Source: Eledone cirrhosa
Taxonomy: Eukaryota
Assembly (NCBI GenBank): GCA_964016885.1
Contig: OZ024740.1
Coordinates: 133,238,001-133,302,000, forward strand
Length of the DNA stretch: 64,000 bases
Direction of reading: 5' to 3'
Of this stretch, positions 56,772-64,000 are shown one piece after another (position 1 is the first letter of the stretch; the number at the start of each line of letters is the position of its first letter). Below the pieces are notes generated by a model. It saw nothing but the letters and a program-made list of their open reading frames with translations. It made no database searches and had not been told where the DNA came from. A program made the position numbers and the translations under genes.

Positions 56772-56772
<1 letters not shown>
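56454..56772. repeat. Perfect inverted repeat (~125-bp arms) around a TA/TG microsatellite spacer
   Basis: TCAGGCTTAAAGG...CCCAACCCCACTCACAATATATA mirrored at about 56648-56772. Confidence 0.92.
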
Positions 56773-56810
<38 letters not shown>

Positions 56811-56825
56811 TAGATAGATAGATAT

Positions 56826-59800
56826 GTTTCTTTATTAGCCACAGGGGCACAAAACAAGGGGACAAATACAAAGGGGGAAGTTTACATACAATAAAAACGT
56901 GTAAAATGTTATCACAAATGCAATTTAAAAAGTTAGTCGATTTTCCCCAATAGGAGGAGAGAGTTTATATGGGTAACACATACCCCCGAAAAAATGTGCA
57001 ACCCTCATCTCCAGGAGTACGAAGAGTTTGTACTCCTTTCCTCTCCTCTACCTTTTCCTCAACCTACAGGCTGATATAGAGAGAAGGCCCATTCACTCGG
57101 GCCATTCTCGCCACTTTCACCCACCTTTCATAAAACTTGCTGGGGTACAGCACCTCTCTCTCCATCCTGGTTCTTCTTCCAAAGTGGTATTTGAAAAAAA
57201 GAATCAGTTGTTGGCCGGAGAGAAAGGTGTCTGACCTCAGCCCTTTCAACCTTGTCCACCATACAACCTCTTTCGCCATAGCTATCACACAAAAGAAAAC
57301 TGCCGCTCCTTCGTTTTTGAAGGAGGTGGCGGTTTGATCATGACAATGGACTCGGTGGTCAACCGGATTGGTCCCACCCGCGACAATAGTCGTTCTACAT
57401 AGCTCCACAGGTCAGTGACGCCCGGGCAGTGTATGAATGCGTGCGCGACGGTTTCTTCGTCTCGCACGCACCTCGGGCAGATCTTTTTTGCAGGGTCCCT
57501 GCCCGGGCATCCATGTCTGTAGAGCTTGTCTCGAACTGGTAGAGCTCCTCGGTAGCACTGCCAGGCCAGGGACTTTTGGAAGTTGTCCATCGGTCCCGGA
57601 CGGAAGGTCCTACCGAACAGACTGGCCAGTTCATCTTCGTCTACGCCTAGAGTTTCACCGAGAGCGTCGTCACACTTGCTGCGGATCAACCCTCTATAGA
57701 ATGACGAAGTGGAGTCTCCACTGATCGCCGGGTCCGCCTGCCAGAGGGCTGTGAGCGCCTGAGCACATTCGATATGCCAATCGCCCATTTTCCTCGGTCT
57801 TTGCTTGACCCAGGACTGCAGCTCGGTCAGCGAGACGAGTCGTGGGAAGGCTTGCTTCACGAACGGGGCCCACACCGGTTGTCCGGTGAGGAATACGTAG
57901 AGATGCCTCAGCCTGAGCGCGTCTTTGCGCATGGTCAACCACGGCATCCCCAGCCCTCCGTTAGAAGGGTGTCGGCAGCAGATGGATCTTCTCACAAAAG
58001 GAGCCCGCCTTTTCCAAAGGAATTGGAAGAGCGCGCGTTCCATTTTGGCGAGCGTTTTGGCTGGACAAGGCACGACTGTCAAGCGGTAGTAGATGGCGAA
58101 CGCTATAAAAGTGTTCGCCACCTCCGCTCGACCTTTCAAGGATAGTTTGCACTCGGCCCACTTCTGGGTGAGTGCAAACACCTCGGCCGTCACTTCGTTC
58201 CAGTTCTTCTCCACCTGGAGGTCCGGACCAAACCAGACCCCGAGCAGCTTTACCGGTCCTTCCGTCCAGCGTCCGACGCAACCATCGGAAGGCATCGGTT
58301 TGCCTCTCCACGATCCGAGTTGCAAACCGATGGACTTGTCCCGGTTCAGCTTCGCTCCTGTGAAACTTTCGTATTCCTTCAGTAAGGTGCCGACTTCCTC
58401 GATTTGCGAGGCGGTCGACACAATTACTTCAAAGTCGTCGGCGTAGGCCGACGCCGCTTTCCGCAGTCCCGGTTCCAGAGGGATGCCCTGCAATAGCTCC
58501 AACTTCCGCAGTAGTGGCTCGAGAGTCAGAACGTACAGAAGAGAGGAGAGAGGGCATCCCTCTCGAATGGATTGCGTAATATGGAACGGCTCCGAGAGGT
58601 AGCCGTTCACCTTGACCCTTGAGCAGATGTTGCTGTTGTGCATTGCAGCAATCCAGCCCCTGAACACGGGTCCGAAGCCTGCCGCCTCGAGCACTGCATC
58701 CAGGTAACGATGGTCAACCCTATCGAAAGCCTTAGACTGATCCAAGTTGATCAGGCCCCCACCGAAGCCGGGTTTACACCCTACCCTCTCTATGATTTAT
58801 CGCATGACGTGGAGGTTGTCGTGTATGGACCTGGTCGGGATTGCGTATGTCTACGCTTCTCCCACCAGGTTCTCAACGTCATGCGCCAGCCTCTTTGCCA
58901 ACACCGTGGCCAAAATCTGTAACTCTGTGTTTAGCAGAGTTATGGGCCGGAGTTGCCTATGTCATCCCTCTTATTCTCGTCCTTCCTGATTAGTGTGACT
59001 ACGCCCCCGGTTACAGAAGTGGGAATTGTCCCGTTCTCTTGCCAGTTGCAGTAGATTGCTTCCAGGAGACCGGAGAATAAGTCCAGCATTGCTACGTAAA
59101 ATTCGTAGGGTAGACATCGAGACCTGGAGAATTGCGTTGGCCGCATTGGCTCAACGCGTCCCCTATCTTAGCGGCTGAAATCGGCTTTTCGCAGAACTTT
59201 GCCTCGCTGTCCGCGAGTCGCGGTAGGCCGTCGAGGTATGGACCGAAATCCATAGCCCCTCCCGGCACGCCGCCCCGCCCGAACAGTTGAGCAAAGTGCC
59301 GCTGAAAGGCCGCGCACATCTGCTTCGGCTCACATCTCACGCGTCCGTTTTGGTCCTTCAAAGACCGAATCGTGGACTTGTTGCCACTTTTTGCCTCCGT
59401 CACTCGGGCCCAGCTAACAGCTTTGGCTCCCTCGTTTCCCAGAGCACGTATTTTGCTTCTGACAACACAGCCCTCGTGCTTTGCGTCGAAGAACTGTTCC
59501 AAGGCCGTTCTCGTTGCTAGCACGCTGGCTACGTTGCCACTTCTAATTGCCTCTTCTACTTTATCTACCAGTTCCTTTTCGGTTCTATTTCTATCTAACG
59601 CTAATTCTTTACTAAAAACTAACGAGTCTAATCTAACTGCCCTCTTGAGAGAGTACCACCATCTGTTGTTGACAATGGCCCCTGTCAAGTGCTGTTTAAC
59701 TTAAGTGCTAATCCGTCTACTGTAGGCTTTGCTTGTCGGTAACGACAAGTTCAGCTTCCAGTGGCCGGGTCCTTGTCTATGGTTCAAGCCGGGTCCTTGT

Positions 59801-59916
59801 CTATGGGTTCTGTCTATGACCATTCCGGTCTCTAGTTTGTGATCTGAATAGGCAACCATGAACATTTGTGGACAGCTTAACATGTCCCTATCCTTATTTC
59901 TAACTAGAACCCTATC
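56826..59916 (-). mobile_element. 5'-truncated, degenerate Tx1/L1-clade LINE (copy A)
   Basis: ORF2 pieces 59701-59883, 59092-59688, 58940-59146, 57285-58745, 57064-57408; highly similar to copy B; 3' end in (TCTA)n on the element strand. Confidence 0.9.
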
Positions 59917-59959
59917 TATCTATCTATCTAGATAGATAGATAGATAGATAGATAGATAT

Positions 59960-62900
59960 ATTTCTTTATTAGCCACAGGGGCACAAAAGAAGGGGACAAA
60001 TACAAAGGGGGAAGTTTACATACAATAAAAACGTGTAAAATGTTATCACAGATGGAATTTAAAAGTTAGTCGATTTTCCCCAATAGAGGGAGACAGTTTA
60101 TATGGGTAACACATACCCCCGAAAAAAATGTGCAACCCTCATCTCCAGGAGTACGAAGAGCTTGTACTCCTTTCCTCTCCTCCTCCTTTTCCTCAATCTA
60201 CAGGCTGATATAGAGAGAAGGCCCATTCACTCGGGCCATTCTCGCCACTTTCACCCACCTTTCATAAAACTTGCTGGGGTACAGCACCTCTCTCTCCATC
60301 CTGATTCTTCTTCCAAAGTGGTATTTGAAAAAAAGAATCAGTTGTTGGCCGGAGAGAAAGGTGTCTGACCTCAGCCCTTTCAACCTTGTCCACCATACAA
60401 CCTCTTTCGCCATAGCTATCACACAAAGGAAAACCGCCTCTCCTTCGTTTTTGAAGGAGGGTGGCGGTTTGATCATGACAATGGACTCGGTGGTCAACTG
60501 GATTGGTCCCACCCGCGACAATAGTCGTTCTACATATCCCCACAGGTCAGTGACGCCCGGGCAGTGTATGAATGCGTGCGCGACGGTTTCTTCGTCTCGC
60601 ACGCACCTCGGACAGATCTTTTTTGCAGGGTCCCTGCCCGGGCGCCCATGTCTGTAGAGCTTGTCTCGAACTGGTAGAGCTCCTCGGTAGCACTGCCAGG
60701 CCAGGGACATTTGGAAGTTGTCCATCGGTCCCGGGCGGAAGGTCCTACCGAACAGACTGGCCAGTTCATCTTCCTCCACGCCCAGAGTTTCACCGAGCGC
60801 GTCGTCGCACTTGATGCGGACCAACCATCTATAGAATGACGAAGTGGAGTCTCCACTGATCGCCGGGTCCGCCTGCCAGAGGGCTGTGAGCGCCTGAGCA
60901 CATTCGATGTGCCAGTCGCCCATTTTCCTCGGTCTCTGCTTGACCCAGGACTGCAGCTCGGTCAGTGAGACGAGTCGTGGGAAGGCTCGCCTCACGAACG
61001 GGGCCCACACCGGTTGTCCGGTGAGGAATACGTAGAGATGCCGCAGCCTGAGCGCGTGTTTGCGCATCGTCAACCACGGCTTCCCCAGCCCTCCGTTAGA
61101 AGGGTGTTGGCAGCAGATGGATCTTCTTACCAAAGGAGCCCGCCTCTTCCAAAGGAATCGGAAGAGGGCGCGCTCCATTTTGGCGAGCGTTTTGGCTGGA
61201 CAAGGCACGACGGTCAAGCGGTAGTAGATGGCGGACGCTATAAAAGTGTTCGCCACCTCCGCTCGACCTTTCAAGGATAGTTTGCACTCGGCCCACTTCT
61301 GGGTGAGTGCAAACACCTTGGCCGTCACTTCGTTCCAGTTCTTCTCCACCTGGAGGTCCGGACCAAACCAGACCCCGAGCAGCTTTACCGGTCCTCCGTC
61401 CAGCGTCCGACGACGCCATCGGAAGGCATCGGTCTGCCTCTCCACGATCCGAGTTGCAAACCGATGGACTTGTCCCGGTTCAGCTTCGCTCCTGTGAGAC
61501 TTTCGTATTCCTTTAGTAAGGTGCCGACTTTCTCGATTTGCGAGGCGCTCGACACCATTACTGTCACGTCGTCGGCGTAGGCCGACGCCGCTTTCCGCAG
61601 TCCCGGTTCCAGAGGGATGCCCTGCAATAGCTCCAGCTTCCGCAGTAGTGGCTCGAGAGTCAGTACGTACAGAAGGGAGGAGAGAGGGCATCCCTGTCGA
61701 ATGGATCGCGTAATATTGAACGGCTCCGAGAGGTAACCGTTCACCTTGACCCTTGAGCAGATGTTGCTGTTGTGCATTGCAGCAATCCAGCCCCTGAACA
61801 CGGGTCCGAAGCCTGCCGCCTCGAGCACCGCATCCAGGTAACGATGGTCAACCCTATCGAAAGCCTTAGACTGATCCAAGTTGATCAGGGCCCCACCGAA
61901 GCCGGGTTTACACCCTACCCTCTCTATGATGTATCGCATGAGGTGGAGGTTGTCGTGTATGGACCTGGTCGGGATCGCGCATGTCTGCGCTTCTCCCACC
62001 AGGTTCTCGACGACAAGCGCCAGCCTCTTTGCCAACACCTTGGCCAAAATCTGTAACTCTGTGTTTAGCAGAGTTATGGGCCGGAAGTTGCCTATGTCAT
62101 CCCCCTTATTCTCGTCCTTCCTGATTAGTGTGACCACGCCCCCGGTTACAGAATTGGGAATTCTCCCGTTCTGTTGCCAGTTGCAGTAGACCGCTTCCAG
62201 GAGACCGGAGAATAAGTCCGGCATTGCTACGTAAAATTCGTAGGGTAGACCGTCGAGACCTGAAGATTTGCGTTTGCCGCATTGGCTCAGCGCGTCCCCT
62301 ATCTCAGTGGCTGAAATCGGCTTTTCGCAGAACTTCGCCTCGCTGTCCGAGAGTCGCGGTAGGCCGTCGAGGTATGGACCGAAATCCATAGCCTCTCCCG
62401 GCGCGCCGCTCACCCCGAACAGCCGAGCAAAGTGCCGCTGAAAAGCCGCACACATCTGCTTCGGCTCACGTATCACGCGTCCGTTTTGGTCCTTCAAAGA
62501 CCGAATCGTGGACTTGTTGCCACTTTTTGCCTCCGTCACTCGGGCCCAGCTAACAGCTTTGGCTCCCTCGTTTCCCAGAGCACGTATTTTGCTTCTGACA
62601 ACGCAGCCCTCGTGCTTTGCGTCGAAGAACTGGTCCAAGGCCGTTCTCGTTGCTAGCACGCTGGCTACGTTGCCACTTCTAATAGCCTCTTCTACTTTAT
62701 CTACCAGTTCCTTCTCGGTTCTATTTCTATCTAACGCTCATTCTTTACTAAAAACTATCGAGTCTAATCTAACTGCCCTCTTGAGAGAGTACCACCATCT
62801 GTTGTTGACAATGGCCCCTGTCAAGTGCTGTTTAACTAAAGTGCTAATCCGTCTACTGTAGGCTTTGCTTGTCGGTAACGACAAGTTCAGCTTCCAGTAG

Positions 62901-64000
62901 CCGGGTCCTTGTCTATGGGTTCTATCAAGGTTGGCCATGCAGGTCACTAGTTTGTGATCTGAATAGGCAACCATGAACATTTGTGGACAGCTTAACATGT
63001 CCCTATCCTTATTTCTAACTAGAACCCTATCTAGGTACGATCTAGATGTTCCGCTACGATTACTCCACGTCCACAGTGGCGCAGTCGGAAAATCTAGTCG
63101 ATATCTATCGGCCAGGTCAAATCGGTCGATTAACTGTTTGAGGCTGTTACACCCCCCTTTATCGGGACATGCTCCCACATAGTCCCAACGTGCATCTAGG
63201 ATTCCATTCCAGTCCCCCACTAAAAGCAAGGAGCGGGACGTTCCCAGAAAAGTCTCTAGACGTTTGAAGAAGTCTGGCCGCGGTGTCCCGGATGGGGCAT
63301 ATGCGGCCACCAGCCTGAACGCTCCACTTTCACTACCGTCAACGTCTAGGACCACCAGTCGACCCCCCGGGTCCAGATGTACCGTCTGTGTTACGAGGCC
63401 CAGGTGTTTCCGCAGCAAAACGGCAACTCCGCCCCCACCCCCCGGTTGACAGAGAGATGCGTAGATCTCAAAGTCATCGAAGATGGGGGCCAGCTGTCGC
63501 TCGCCGTGGATCCTGGACTCACAAATGGCTACCACATCCAAACTGTGCGACCTGAGGTCGTTTAAGAGTTTGCCCTGTTTCCAGGGTATCCCCAGGCCGC
63601 GTACGTTCACACATCCAACTCTTATATTGGCCATGTTGGTGCTGAAAAGTTAAAAGAGGAAAAGAGATCACTCACCCTTCGCCTCCTGGGGACCAGGCCG
63701 CACGATTTCCATGGGGGTGTTGGAGGGGTTGTCTGGATGGGTGGTGGTTTCCGGCGGGGTGGGGACGCAGATGTTTGGTGGGGTGGGGTCTGGTGGGATG
63801 GGGGTGTCTGGGGTGGGGAGGCATTTGAGAAGGACGCGGTTGAGTGGTTTCACGCAGGAATTCCCCACATCCTTCTCAAATGTTTCTTTTAGGGACCTAT
63901 AAGTTTGTATAGGGACCCTAATCAGTTTTAGATTCATTTTTTTGCTATTTTTTATAGAGTGGGCGAAAGTTTTCCCTTCGGTGAAAACCGAAGGGTCGTT
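59960..64000 (-). mobile_element. Tx1/L1-clade LINE (copy B), continuing beyond the window
   Basis: ORF1 end 63668-63937; ORF2 63634-60198 with APE (CVNVRGL, GDWN, SDHK) and RT (QGCPLS, AYADD); 3' AATAAA then (TCTA)n. Confidence 0.92.
60198..63634 (-). pseudogene. Tx1 ORF2 (APE + RT + C-terminal Cys/His motif) with few lesions
   Basis: One TGA at about 62738 (copy A has TTA/Leu there) and one frameshift near 61395; CPRC...ETVAHAFIHC. Confidence 0.88.

Noticed and set aside
62738-62740. In-frame TGA in Tx1 ORF2 as programmed read-through or selenocysteine
   Set aside because: Copy A has a Leu codon here, so it is a simple nonsense mutation

Overview
AT-rich, microsatellite-dense eukaryotic (animal; the repeat content is cephalopod-like, which is inference) intergenic or intronic DNA. 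No host protein-coding gene can be supported. The window is built from transposons: two decayed R4/Dong-type RLE LINEs, a CRE-like LINE fragment, three Tx1/L1-clade LINEs ending in microsatellites, a Gypsy integrase remnant, RTE remnants, a decayed Helitron, a Tc1/mariner remnant, MITE-like elements and nine copies of one tRNA-derived SINE. The centrepiece is a Penelope-like (Naiad-type) retroelement with an open RT + GIY-YIG ORF (about 20378-22522) inside a ~3 kb inverted repeat (17358-20353 / 22066-25002). Manual reading finds about 13 complete and 3 partial or decayed type I hammerhead ribozyme motifs from at least 7 unrelated short non-coding elements. Most are embedded in (TA)n tracts, and many lie in tandem or fold-back arrangements. 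This suggests a Penelope-driven population of non-autonomous ribozyme (retrozyme-like) elements, including variants with an unpaired first stem II position and long or branched stem II insertions. All ribozyme calls are hand-folded and untested.
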